64,000 bases of DNA from Eubacteriales bacterium (GTDB lineage Bacteria > Bacillota > Clostridia > Oscillospirales > CAG-272), in NCBI GenBank assembly GCA_045635225.1, contig JAZRBV010000060.1, forward strand, positions 91,534 to 155,533, written 5' to 3'. The position numbers and the translations under genes were made by a program. The notes below the pieces were generated by a model, which had not been told where the DNA came from, did no database searches, and worked only from the letters and a program-made list of their open reading frames with translations. Shown here piece after piece: positions 36,401-45,260 of the stretch (its first letter is position 1; every line of letters begins with the position of its first letter).

Positions 36401-36729
36401 GAGGAATTCATGCTTTCGGTACGAAGTTCGCTTGTAATTCTTAATTTGTTCAGATTCTGTTCTGCTATTGCTGCATTAGAACATATATAAACAACTTTAA
36501 CTAGATTGTCTGAATTTTCCTTTTGCAGAAGAGCGAGCTTTGCTACCGTTCCTCGTGCAATTAGTGTCTTGCCTAAACCGACTTCATCCGATACAAGAAC
36601 TCGTCTTTGACCATGCCTAAAAAGATAATCTATTCTCTCAACGGTGGCTCTCTGAAAGTCTTTCAAGCCAGACATTATGCTTTTTTCAATATCTGTCAAT
36701 TTACTTGAAACATCAATCACGATAACCAA
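33451..36729 (-). CDS. SNF2-family helicase (defence-associated)
   Basis: SDEVGLGKTLIARG, VIMDEFQRFK, C-terminal SIGQEGLDFHNYCRKIVHWNLPSNPIDLEQREGRINR. Exact start uncertain (TTG 36729, GTG 36720 or ATG 36675). Confidence 0.75.
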   Translation of the reverse strand: MVIVIDVSSKLTDIEKSIMSGLKDFQRATVERIDYLFRHGQRRVLVSDEVGLGKTLIARGTVAKLALLQKENSDNLVKVVYICSNAAIAEQNLNKLRITSELRTESMNSSRLSMQHLNIFKQEHDTDLLSRYIQLIPLTPDTSFRITAGAGTVAERALMFAFLRRIPSLQEYLPELEVAMMDWAFGAWESYRDWYEQEVVSCDKTSNNSYLQYMLEATERGLYEVNAEGETLLSKIIEMCLSIRANGMKRTNNNSAIGGLRVLYSKISLDKLEPDLVIMDEFQRFKYLINSDPESETGMLARKFFGSNNVRMLLLSATPYKMYSTLEEIDDNQVDEHYSEFLDVMGFLNNGEEEHEAFKSVWNNYSVKLKELSSGDATLLLAKSEAEDAMYEKVCRTERVSAAENADIIDDSSVKVPVDVLEQDVVAYISAQKLLDEIGASYHVPVDYIKSTPYLMTFMRDYQLKRNIEKYFKSKPAEVGKVNKPALWINKNKLDLYEQIPSGNARLEVLKKHAFAKNAEMLLWVPPSLPYYEPRGAYKDAEHFSKVLVFSSWEMVPRMIAGMLSYEAERKSVGKLAKKIGEDVRYFYTEDASANAKRRRFPLPRLNFAVNDDQPNAMSLFCLIYPSEFLTNCYDPIECLNEGLSLREIESRVKAIIKEALNQFKTTEEGVVDKRWYYYAPMLLDSETYFDSWSDKIGSLSETEDSEGGNKKKIGFMKHVLALLKLRLDLISNADSLGKMPEDLVEVLTDMAIASPAVCINRTYRRYLYGENGCDSVLASHVAKIFINRMNTPESTAVIELCYGKSEEAHWRNLISYCKDGNIQAMFDEYAHLITNGLDKDKTTIQRLHNVIVDSMSIRTTLYGIDTLNAFKQRVSGGKAKPTTLRTHFAVAFTKGEGNSDKSTDRKKSVRNAFNSPFRPFVLASTSIGQEGLDFHNYCRKIVHWNLPSNPIDLEQREGRINRFECLAIRQNIAERYRSSTFANDVWSEMFEIAVQDTTRKNQHSSDLIPFWGVPETEDMVRIERIVPMYPFSRDISAYERMIKILSLYRLTLGQARQEELLEYILDKTDDEKELRELFINLCPHYRKNKHN

Positions 36730-38527
36730 CCGCCTTTCTGAATATTTTGTAAGTTTCTTCGAACTTTGCTGGAATCACACCATCTTCAGCTACTGCCTTT
36801 AATAAGTAGTCAATTTCCTTGAACTTTTCTGGCTCTTCTACCGCAGTCTTTAACATTTTCTCATAAAGTGCAGGTAATATTGTCGTATGTTGCTTAGAAG
36901 CTGATGTGCTGGCCGTGTAATCTTCTATTAATTCCCCTCCAGCAAGCGATAAACTATCTCCAAGCAAGAAAGACACATATTGATAGAAACAATTCTTATC
37001 CTTTACTATACCTGATACAATCTTTTTCTCTCGTTCTTCCGGAATTCCGGTTGTAGGAATCATAATTACTCTTGTCAGCGAGTTGTTACCATCTGATACC
37101 GTTACTTTGTAAAACTCTGACAATTGAACTAAACTAAGATCAGAAAACTCAACACGGGTTGCTAGAGGAGCGCTCTTGTTCAAGAACAATGGTGATATCG
37201 TTATATTATTGCCCTCGATTGTTTTGTCAAATACAATTTCAATATTATACGTTTCTCCGTTGGGGATTACTGTAGCAGTTGCCTTAAGTCGAGTGACGTC
37301 TTTAATAATTACCGAGAGAAGCTGCTCTGGTTCTGCTTCCGCTTTGACAACTTTATTCATATCTACAAGTTGGAAGGGATTATTCGGGTTACCTTCATTT
37401 CCGCAGAATAAATCCTCGGTAAGTTTCGTCATATTTAAATGGCGGTTCTTCGCTTTTAACCTTATAACAAACTCGATATTTCCTATAATTGCATTTCTGG
37501 AAGCATTTAATGAACCTAAATATAATTCAGAATCAGCATATTTACGCAACATAAATACTTTCGCATGAATATCTTGTTTTTGAATATTGTTTTCTTCTTC
37601 GGATACTATAGATTCTCCGTCAATTACACTGTCTTTTATAGTGTATATTCGGAATTTATCGCAATTTTCCGGCTTCAAGCTCGACAATGACATCGCACGT
37701 GTAATTAGCACGCGTTCTGTCTGCGACAAACTTCTCTTCTCATCATTTAAGCCTTTTATTATTTCATCACTCAAGAAAGGAGACATAACAAAAAGTTCAT
37801 TGAATGTATAATTCGAAGAGAACAAAGGGTAATCCTTGATCGTATAATATGATCCATCGCTCTTCTTAACTCCGACTGGAATAAAGTCAAAATCGGAAAA
37901 TCCCTTTACCCCTACATCAAAATGGACATACGAGAGTTCTTTGCAAATTTGTCTTATTTTCTTCTGTTTTTCAGCATTCTTCTTTGCAAACGATAAGGTG
38001 TATGAAAGAAAATCCTTTATAGGATCGTTCTTTGTTGTTTCAGAACTGTTCTTTACACCTTCCATGCAGAAAGTAACATCCCAGCTTCTGTCAAAAGTGA
38101 GGTTTCGACTTAAAACGATAACTCTATACAAAGGATTGTTTTTATCATCTACATATCGTATCAACCAAAACTTGGGATGGAATGAAGGATACGTACCAAT
38201 CCCTTTTGTTTTCGGGGTTTTTACCTGATACACCATCTGCTCTAAAAGAATGTACAGAGGTGTTACCTTGCTTGGCATATGTATTTGCCCTGCTTCGCAG
38301 AACAATGCTATCTTATCTCCGGTCACTCTCAATGCCTCAAGCAAAGCAATCGGATTGTGGGCAATTTTGCTATCTGTTTCCTCAGAAAGACCAAGTGCAA
38401 GACTCGCTCCCACTAAAGCATCTAAATCAAGAGAATATGTCGTTCCTATAGCAAAATCTAATTTATATTTGTCGGGAGCAGACAAAATCTGACCGTAATC
38501 TAACCTGTCATTGTTCGGATTCAGCAC
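36713..38527 (-). CDS. PLD-superfamily (two HKD-like motifs) nuclease-type protein
   Basis: FHPKFWLIRY...VLSRNLT and IHAKVFMLRKY...LGSLNASRNA. Confidence 0.65.
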   Translation of the reverse strand: MLNPNNDRLDYGQILSAPDKYKLDFAIGTTYSLDLDALVGASLALGLSEETDSKIAHNPIALLEALRVTGDKIALFCEAGQIHMPSKVTPLYILLEQMVYQVKTPKTKGIGTYPSFHPKFWLIRYVDDKNNPLYRVIVLSRNLTFDRSWDVTFCMEGVKNSSETTKNDPIKDFLSYTLSFAKKNAEKQKKIRQICKELSYVHFDVGVKGFSDFDFIPVGVKKSDGSYYTIKDYPLFSSNYTFNELFVMSPFLSDEIIKGLNDEKRSLSQTERVLITRAMSLSSLKPENCDKFRIYTIKDSVIDGESIVSEEENNIQKQDIHAKVFMLRKYADSELYLGSLNASRNAIIGNIEFVIRLKAKNRHLNMTKLTEDLFCGNEGNPNNPFQLVDMNKVVKAEAEPEQLLSVIIKDVTRLKATATVIPNGETYNIEIVFDKTIEGNNITISPLFLNKSAPLATRVEFSDLSLVQLSEFYKVTVSDGNNSLTRVIMIPTTGIPEEREKKIVSGIVKDKNCFYQYVSFLLGDSLSLAGGELIEDYTASTSASKQHTTILPALYEKMLKTAVEEPEKFKEIDYLLKAVAEDGVIPAKFEETYKIFRKAVGYRD

Positions 38528-39749
38528 AGTTCTTCTCCCCCTCGAAAATGTCGTTTATAATTGTTTTTGCATCACCGAAGCGATAATCTAATCTTTTTCC
38601 TCCGAACCAAGAGGTAGAATCAAATTCGCCTGGGTGCTTGGTCTTCGCGCGAGATGCACCTTTAAGATGAACTTCGCGTTTAATGATAGTATCTTTCAAG
38701 GAATCGATATCAGATGCCTTCATGTGTTTTTGGCAATCCAACAAAAAATGATGCAAAAGTGGGTTAACAATATCAAGTCTGTGGTAAATAGCATCGATAT
38801 CTATTTCCGCGATATCATTTAACACGGGTTCTAGCTTGCGCCACTCTGCGTTGGCTTCTTCATTCTCTCCATTAGATACTATGATGTTATACACTACTCT
38901 AAGTGCATAAACAAATTCAGAAAAAGAGACTGCATGATAATAATCGGTTTGAATCTCTTCTGGGAACATTGATATAAAAGTATTGTTAAGCTCCTCAAAA
39001 CTTTCAACGTTAACAATATCATCCATGTGCTCTTTCATTATGTGAGCAAACATCGTTCCTTTGCAGTTATCAACAATCTGCTTTTTGAGAAAATCAGCTT
39101 CTTCTACTGTCAATTCGATGGTAAGCTTGTCCATCCAATCCGATGTATAAGTTGGTAAATTCCACATCTTCTTGTATCGATCCTGCCCAGCATCGATATC
39201 ATCACGCTCGTTTTCTTCCGAATTGTCATTTCTGTTTCCAAGATTCTTGAGTGTTCCCTTTTGGTTGTTACTAGCACTAACAAAACGAATATACTCGGAC
39301 AAAGACAAGTTTCCACCTACGAATATCCCTAAGCGCCTAATACCTGCCCAGTAGATATCAGAAGGTGCGCGTTTTACCCACGATCCAGTAACCAATGCAC
39401 GTCTGCCAATAATACCATCAGACTTCGGGTTATCATGAAAGAGTTTTTTTCCACAACTTTCTTCTACTGCTGACAACGCTTTGAACATACGATTGGGATT
39501 AGTTTCGCCGCTTCTCTCTAAGTCTTTTAATGCATAAGGAACACAGAAAAAGTATTTTGCTTTAGTCTGGATCGTAGAGGTGCCAGGAAAGAAAAGGTTA
39601 GCGTATCCGTCTCGAATGGGAGCTATTCCAAGCTCGTCCAAAGTACCTGCTTCCGAGAGCAAGTCCAATACATTCAAAACTTTACTTCTTTCACTCTTTG
39701 AAAAGTCAATCCAACCTATTTGCATTCTCGACACCTCTAATTCAATCAA
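38508..39749 (-). CDS. DUF6361-like protein
   Basis: WIDFSKSERSKVLNVLDLLSEAGTLDELGIAPIRDGYANLFFPGTSTIQTKAKYFFCVPY matches my memory of DUF6361. Probable start at the MQIGW ATG (39725). Confidence 0.5.
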   Translation of the reverse strand: MIELEVSRMQIGWIDFSKSERSKVLNVLDLLSEAGTLDELGIAPIRDGYANLFFPGTSTIQTKAKYFFCVPYALKDLERSGETNPNRMFKALSAVEESCGKKLFHDNPKSDGIIGRRALVTGSWVKRAPSDIYWAGIRRLGIFVGGNLSLSEYIRFVSASNNQKGTLKNLGNRNDNSEENERDDIDAGQDRYKKMWNLPTYTSDWMDKLTIELTVEEADFLKKQIVDNCKGTMFAHIMKEHMDDIVNVESFEELNNTFISMFPEEIQTDYYHAVSFSEFVYALRVVYNIIVSNGENEEANAEWRKLEPVLNDIAEIDIDAIYHRLDIVNPLLHHFLLDCQKHMKASDIDSLKDTIIKREVHLKGASRAKTKHPGEFDSTSWFGGKRLDYRFGDAKTIINDIFEGEKNCAESEQ

Positions 39750-42664
39750 TAGTACTGCTCAATATATCCGTAAGCTTTATCGAACAATTCCTTATCTTTA
39801 ATCTTATATTTTACCATTACAATGCTTCGAAGAGCTTTCTTTACTTCTCTACGACCTGCGGTTGTATCTTGCCATCCATCGAAACGAACAAGTCTTACAA
39901 TATCATCGATATCTGTTACAATTCGCTCAACGATGACAGGAGTATGCGAATTCTTAACAGAGTGGAACAACTCAGTTAGAGCTGCTTTACCCTTATCCAC
40001 CTCTTCCATTGGAACAACTTCTTTTTCCGCTTGAGCTGCATCATGAGCTAGTTCGAGCAAATGTTTAAGGAACTCAATACTCGTTACTAATCCTTGCGCA
40101 TGTTTTTCTCGCAACTCTTCAAGTCTTTTTCCAAGCTCGATGAATCGTGGATCATCATTATGGCCAAGAATTCTGGCAACTAAATCTATTTCAACTTTCC
40201 TAGCTTTTTTCTTCGCATCGGTGTTGCCTTCGATGAATTCCTCAATCAAATCAGCATCGAGCGCTAAGATTTCCTCTTCGGGTGTTTCTTTTACATCCTC
40301 GACAGAAATATTCTCATGCACCAACTCAAGAGTTTTTGCTCCTAAAGACGCCCATATTAATCCACCGCGACCATCGACAGGCTTAATGGATTCATAAACT
40401 TTTGATAACCACTTGTAATCATAGCGGAAAGGAGCAAGACATCCATCGGGAGACAATGCATTCCAAACTCTGTTAAGAACTCTATAATCTGCACCAAAAG
40501 CGTCTTTTTCTTTATCCGTAGGAAGACAATCTTGAGCTGCCATAAGTCCTTCCCAACCATCAACTGTTCTGTCTACACCTGGGAAATGACCAAGGCACTT
40601 AGCTACCAATGAAGGCAATTCATTCTTTACTTGCTCAATATTGGTAATAACGGTTTGCACACTCTTCTCATCGAAGTCGAGCGCATTAGCAACATCATCG
40701 AAAATACCAATATAATCTACTATTAAACCACTTGACTTGTCTTGACCATATACGCGGTTAGTACGACAAATAGCTTGTAAAAGCGTATGATCCTTCATGG
40801 GTTTATCAAGATACATCGCCTGTAAAATGGGAGCATCAAATCCAGTAAGCAACTTAGAAGTAACGATTACTATCTTCAAAGGATGACGCGGATCTCTGAA
40901 GCAATCCAAAAGTTTCGCTTCTTCGTCACGATCTCGTCTCCACTGCTTATAACGATCTTCTTTGTCGTTGTTTGTATCCATAACTATGGTAGTTGCATAC
41001 TCACCCAAGAGCTTATCGAGTTCTTGCTTATATAATACACAACATTCGCGGTCATAGCACACAACTTGTCCTTTGAATCCATTAGGATCGATTTTGGTTA
41101 AGAAGTGGTTTGCAATATGCTCACATACCTTGCGGATACGCTCGGGAGATTTCATGATTGCTTCCATACGAACTCTACGAGCCAAATCAGATTTCTCTTC
41201 ACGTGTGAGACCTGCGTTGCGTGTTAACTCGTCAAACGCCTCGTTAATAACATCTTGATTTACATGAAGATCGACGGGTACAGGCTCAAAAATCAAAGGA
41301 AGAGTTGCACCGTCACGGATAGAATCAGCGAAGGAATAACGGCTCATATAACCGGAAGTATCTTCGGTTGCACCGAATGTAAAGAACGTATTCTTATCCA
41401 GCTTGTTGATAGGTGTTCCTGTCAATCCGAAGAAGAACGCATTAGGAAGCGCTTGTCTCATCTTATCTCCAAGGTTTCCTTCTTGAGTTCTGTGTGCCTC
41501 GTCAACCATGAGAATGATGTTATCACGAGGATTAAGCATTCCATCAACTTCACCGAACTTGAATATAGTGGTGATTAGAATTTTACGCATATCTCCCTTA
41601 AAGAAGGAAATAAGCTCTTCTTTCGATTTTGCACTCGCAAGGCCTGGTATATCAGACGCATTAAATGTTGCAGTAATCTGAGTTTCAAGGTCTATTCTAT
41701 CGTCAACGATGACAACAGTAGGATTCTTCAATTCTGGTGTCATTCGGAGCTTCTGAGCTGCAAAAACCATCAGCAATGATTTTCCACTTCCTTGGAAGTG
41801 CCAAATCAAACCTTTTTTAGGCTTTCCAGCCTTAACTCGTTCAACAATCATATTTGCGCCTTCATACTGCTGATAGCGACAAATAATCTTATATTTTCTG
41901 TATTTTTTATCCGTAGCAAACATGGTGAAGAACTGGAAAATATCCATAATTATTTCCGGTTTCATCATTGCTTTAAGGCTTCTCTGCACATCAGCAAGTG
42001 TTCCCTCGGATTTGTTTTCGGGAGTATGCCATGGGCCCCATACAGAAATGGGGGCGTTTATAGAGCCGTAACGGAACATCTTTCCTTCGGATGCGAAGTT
42101 AAATATATTCGTTACGAACATTTGAGGGATACTCTTCTCATATGCGTGAATATCGCCAGCACCATCTACCCATGAAATTGCGTCTCTAACAGGAGTTTTC
42201 AACTCACCAATAGCAATCGGGAAACCATTGATAAGCATAACGATATCAAGTCGTTTTCCACCTTCTGCTTTTGGGAATACCCATTGATTAGTTACCACAT
42301 ATTCATTCAAAGCGAGATCTTCTTTCGTTCTTGTACCGAAGAAACGAATAGGTGTCATTCTTCCATCCTTGCCGAACGGGAATGAGTTCTTTTCGAAAAT
42401 GAGCTGCTTAAAAGCCTCGTTTTGTGTAACGAGGTTATGTGGCTGTACAGACAAAATAAGAGAACGTAATTTATAAATAACTTCATCTGCTCTGCTCGGA
42501 TCTTCTGCTATTTCCGGGTTCAAACGAATAAGTGCCGATTTTACCATTGGTTCTACCAGAACGTCCGAATACAATCTAGGTAGCTGTTCGGCAGGTATGT
42601 ATTTCCAACCGTTTTTCTCAATGGTTTCATACACCATTTGTTCTAAATCTGCTTCACTAAACAT
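39746..42664 (-). CDS. hsdR: Type I restriction enzyme R subunit
   Basis: Walker A QGSGKSLLMVF, DEAH MVDEAHRTQ, LTGTPI, typical HsdR N-terminal nuclease region and C-terminal helical tail. Confidence 0.9.
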   Translation of the reverse strand: MFSEADLEQMVYETIEKNGWKYIPAEQLPRLYSDVLVEPMVKSALIRLNPEIAEDPSRADEVIYKLRSLILSVQPHNLVTQNEAFKQLIFEKNSFPFGKDGRMTPIRFFGTRTKEDLALNEYVVTNQWVFPKAEGGKRLDIVMLINGFPIAIGELKTPVRDAISWVDGAGDIHAYEKSIPQMFVTNIFNFASEGKMFRYGSINAPISVWGPWHTPENKSEGTLADVQRSLKAMMKPEIIMDIFQFFTMFATDKKYRKYKIICRYQQYEGANMIVERVKAGKPKKGLIWHFQGSGKSLLMVFAAQKLRMTPELKNPTVVIVDDRIDLETQITATFNASDIPGLASAKSKEELISFFKGDMRKILITTIFKFGEVDGMLNPRDNIILMVDEAHRTQEGNLGDKMRQALPNAFFFGLTGTPINKLDKNTFFTFGATEDTSGYMSRYSFADSIRDGATLPLIFEPVPVDLHVNQDVINEAFDELTRNAGLTREEKSDLARRVRMEAIMKSPERIRKVCEHIANHFLTKIDPNGFKGQVVCYDRECCVLYKQELDKLLGEYATTIVMDTNNDKEDRYKQWRRDRDEEAKLLDCFRDPRHPLKIVIVTSKLLTGFDAPILQAMYLDKPMKDHTLLQAICRTNRVYGQDKSSGLIVDYIGIFDDVANALDFDEKSVQTVITNIEQVKNELPSLVAKCLGHFPGVDRTVDGWEGLMAAQDCLPTDKEKDAFGADYRVLNRVWNALSPDGCLAPFRYDYKWLSKVYESIKPVDGRGGLIWASLGAKTLELVHENISVEDVKETPEEEILALDADLIEEFIEGNTDAKKKARKVEIDLVARILGHNDDPRFIELGKRLEELREKHAQGLVTSIEFLKHLLELAHDAAQAEKEVVPMEEVDKGKAALTELFHSVKNSHTPVIVERIVTDIDDIVRLVRFDGWQDTTAGRREVKKALRSIVMVKYKIKDKELFDKAYGYIEQYY

Positions 42665-43185
42665 GTGTAGCCTCCTGTTATGTGTTGTATACGGTGCATA
42701 GCACCAAATAATTTTGATTTATCGCTCTGCTCGACAAATGCGATAAACTGTTTTTGAATGGCAACATCTGGTATGGAAATAGAGTATTCTTTCCTTATAA
42801 CAGATGGGTGTGCCTTATGCAAATAGTCATAAACCTTTTTATCCCATTCGTTCATTAAAGCATGATATAGGTATCTTGTTAATATTCCAGTATCATTCAC
42901 CTTCAACCATCCACAAACATTGGTTACTGAGTATTTGTGCGGCGCACGATAGAAAAATTTGCCTCCACCATCTATGCTCCACGTGATTTTTTCATCGTCG
43001 AACATATATTGACTATATCTTCCTATTTCTCCGTTATTCGTAGCAGAACTGGAGTAGACAGGGTAATCGCCTGGGTTATCCATCATTTCTGTTTTGCTGA
43101 TGACTTGTCCTCTACCAAGGGTTATGCGTCCGCTATCCTCTAAATCTCCGAGCAAAAATTCTTCATGTTCGGCCATTGAAATCAT
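42643..43185 (-). CDS. hsdS: Half-size hsdS cassette (one TRD plus distal conserved region)
   Basis: Ends with FIAFVEQSDKSKLF. The in-frame sequence just upstream of its ATG reads KSQFIEM (central conserved repeat), so it resembles the second half of an hsdS. Confidence 0.6.
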   Translation of the reverse strand: MISMAEHEEFLLGDLEDSGRITLGRGQVISKTEMMDNPGDYPVYSSSATNNGEIGRYSQYMFDDEKITWSIDGGGKFFYRAPHKYSVTNVCGWLKVNDTGILTRYLYHALMNEWDKKVYDYLHKAHPSVIRKEYSISIPDVAIQKQFIAFVEQSDKSKLFGAMHRIQHITGGYTCLVKQI

Positions 43186-44213
43186 CTCGATAAATTGCGA
43201 TTTGAAACGACAAATTTTGATTTATCGCTCAGTTCTACAAACGCTGCAAATCGTCTCTGCGATTCTAATTCTGGTATTGGTATCATAATTTGCGCTAAAT
43301 CTTTAGCATAGACATGTGGCTGTCCTGATCCACGCTGCATAGCAAATATTTCGTCTTGCATGACCTTCAGCCTGCAATATAGAAAAATGCTATCTACTTC
43401 CGTGTTTTTGGGAAAAACTGTATTACAATCGGAAGCAAATATGGGAATATCCCAATAATTTACATATCCTGCATTTGCACCAGAAGCACTAATCGTGATA
43501 GCTCCAGCTGGTCTATTACTCTGATTATGATAACAACTGGGTTCGATTCCTGCAGCTACGACAGGTACATCTCCTTCAATTACATTATCTCTTGTGATTG
43601 TAGTACCTTTTTCGATAATCGCACATTCTCCGAGTTTTAACTGTTTTCTTTCACCCGAGAACATCTCGATAAATTGCGATTTTACCAACTCATCCGTGCG
43701 AGAAAGCAAAGCTTTATATGCGTTTTTGGCTTCGATGGCAGCCCAAATCAACGGTGTGATGCGACGCTGTTCTTCTATTGTTGGAATAGTAAATTCCAAA
43801 TCTTTAAGATCTTTCCAGTTAACCGTTGGAGACAACGATCCAACTGATATACGAATCGCCTCGTTTAAGAAGTAATCCGAACTGATAAATAACGGAAAAT
43901 ACTCTTTTGTTATTACATTTTCCCGTGGACGCAACACCATGCCATGAGCAGAAAAAATACCATCGAAAGGAGCTATGCCCACCTTCTTTTGATATGCTCT
44001 TCTTTTACCAAACAACACATCTCCCTTTTTCATGACAAGTTTTTCGCCAATAGGTGCAACATCCGATCCCCAACGAGATACGGTCAACGTTCCTGTATCA
44101 AGATGCTCTAGGCCAATATATGTTTCTTTATCCGCTTCTACCGGTTTCTTCTTTTCGGTGCTGTTAATAGCAATTTCAGTAAATCTAAATTTAGGCATAA
44201 ACCGCACCTCCAA
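43182..44213 (-). CDS. hsdS: Type I specificity subunit copy 2 (two TRDs)
   Basis: TRD - ELVKSQFIEMF - TRD - FAAFVELSDKSKF. Confidence 0.75.
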   Translation of the reverse strand: MEVRFMPKFRFTEIAINSTEKKKPVEADKETYIGLEHLDTGTLTVSRWGSDVAPIGEKLVMKKGDVLFGKRRAYQKKVGIAPFDGIFSAHGMVLRPRENVITKEYFPLFISSDYFLNEAIRISVGSLSPTVNWKDLKDLEFTIPTIEEQRRITPLIWAAIEAKNAYKALLSRTDELVKSQFIEMFSGERKQLKLGECAIIEKGTTITRDNVIEGDVPVVAAGIEPSCYHNQSNRPAGAITISASGANAGYVNYWDIPIFASDCNTVFPKNTEVDSIFLYCRLKVMQDEIFAMQRGSGQPHVYAKDLAQIMIPIPELESQRRFAAFVELSDKSKFVVSNRNLSR

Positions 44214-44246
44214 TCGCTATTATTTGCCCGATAAATTGCGACTCGT

Positions 44247-45245
44247 TTATCCGATATATCGGTGATGAGATAGTTTAACGTTGTTCTGGTTGACCATTGC
44301 ATATTGAAGTGTTGTATCGACACTTTGATGCCCCAGAAGCTGTTGCACTTGCTCAATGGGCATTCCTTTATCAATTGCCATGGTTGCTAATGTCCTGCGG
44401 AATTTGTGCGGATGCACTTTGGTTAACTCTAATTTTTTGCCTAATTCTCGCAGCCTTATCTCTACGCCACTAATTAAGAGTCTATTAAACGGATTTTGTA
44501 GTGAAACAAATAATGCTTCATTATCATCACTACGACCACGCAAATAATTCTGTAGATGTATTTTTGTTCTTGCATCAAAATACACACGTCTTTGCTTATT
44601 GCCTTTACCTAATACGATACACTCACGATTTTCAAAATCAACATCACTACGGTTGAGTTTTACTAGTTCCCCAACACGAATACCCGTAGATGCCAACATA
44701 TCTATAATTGCAAGGTCTCTTATTCCCTCAGAATGATCGCGCATCAACTCCAGAGCCTCGTCCGAGTATGTTTCCTTAACGGTTTTACAAGTTTTCACCT
44801 TATGTATTCGTCTCACCGGACTTTTTACAATGTAATCTTCATCCTCTAGCCAGGCAAAAAAGCTAGATAGTATACGTCGAATGTTATCTATTGTGACTTT
44901 GCTGGCATTGCTACGCTTTTGATATTCGTCTAGATAAACGCGCAAATCATCCGTTGTAACGAATTTTACCTCTTTTCCTATAGCCGTAAGGACATTTCGT
45001 ATAGTAGAGTCATAATAACGTATCGTTTTTTCCGAGCATCCTTCAACACGCTTAGCTGCTAGAAAAATTTTCAAATAGCTCTGTGTATCATTTTCACAAC
45101 TCTCTGTTGTTTCTTCAAGCATACATTGTACAAGCGTGTTGTGAAGGATCTCTTTTTGTACGTCATCAAGATGCATAAACATCTTTTTTTCAATTTTTTC
45201 AATAATTTGTCGTGTCATGTTGGTTTTTCTCCTTTTTACCAACAT
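44247..45245 (-). CDS. Tyrosine recombinase embedded in the Type I R-M locus
   Basis: ASTGIRVGEL (R), GKGNKQRRV (K), HPHKFRRTLAT (HxxR), LLGHQSVDTTLQYAM (H...Y). Confidence 0.85.
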   Translation of the reverse strand: MLVKRRKTNMTRQIIEKIEKKMFMHLDDVQKEILHNTLVQCMLEETTESCENDTQSYLKIFLAAKRVEGCSEKTIRYYDSTIRNVLTAIGKEVKFVTTDDLRVYLDEYQKRSNASKVTIDNIRRILSSFFAWLEDEDYIVKSPVRRIHKVKTCKTVKETYSDEALELMRDHSEGIRDLAIIDMLASTGIRVGELVKLNRSDVDFENRECIVLGKGNKQRRVYFDARTKIHLQNYLRGRSDDNEALFVSLQNPFNRLLISGVEIRLRELGKKLELTKVHPHKFRRTLATMAIDKGMPIEQVQQLLGHQSVDTTLQYAMVNQNNVKLSHHRYIG

Positions 45246-45260
45246 CCTACGCCATGATTT

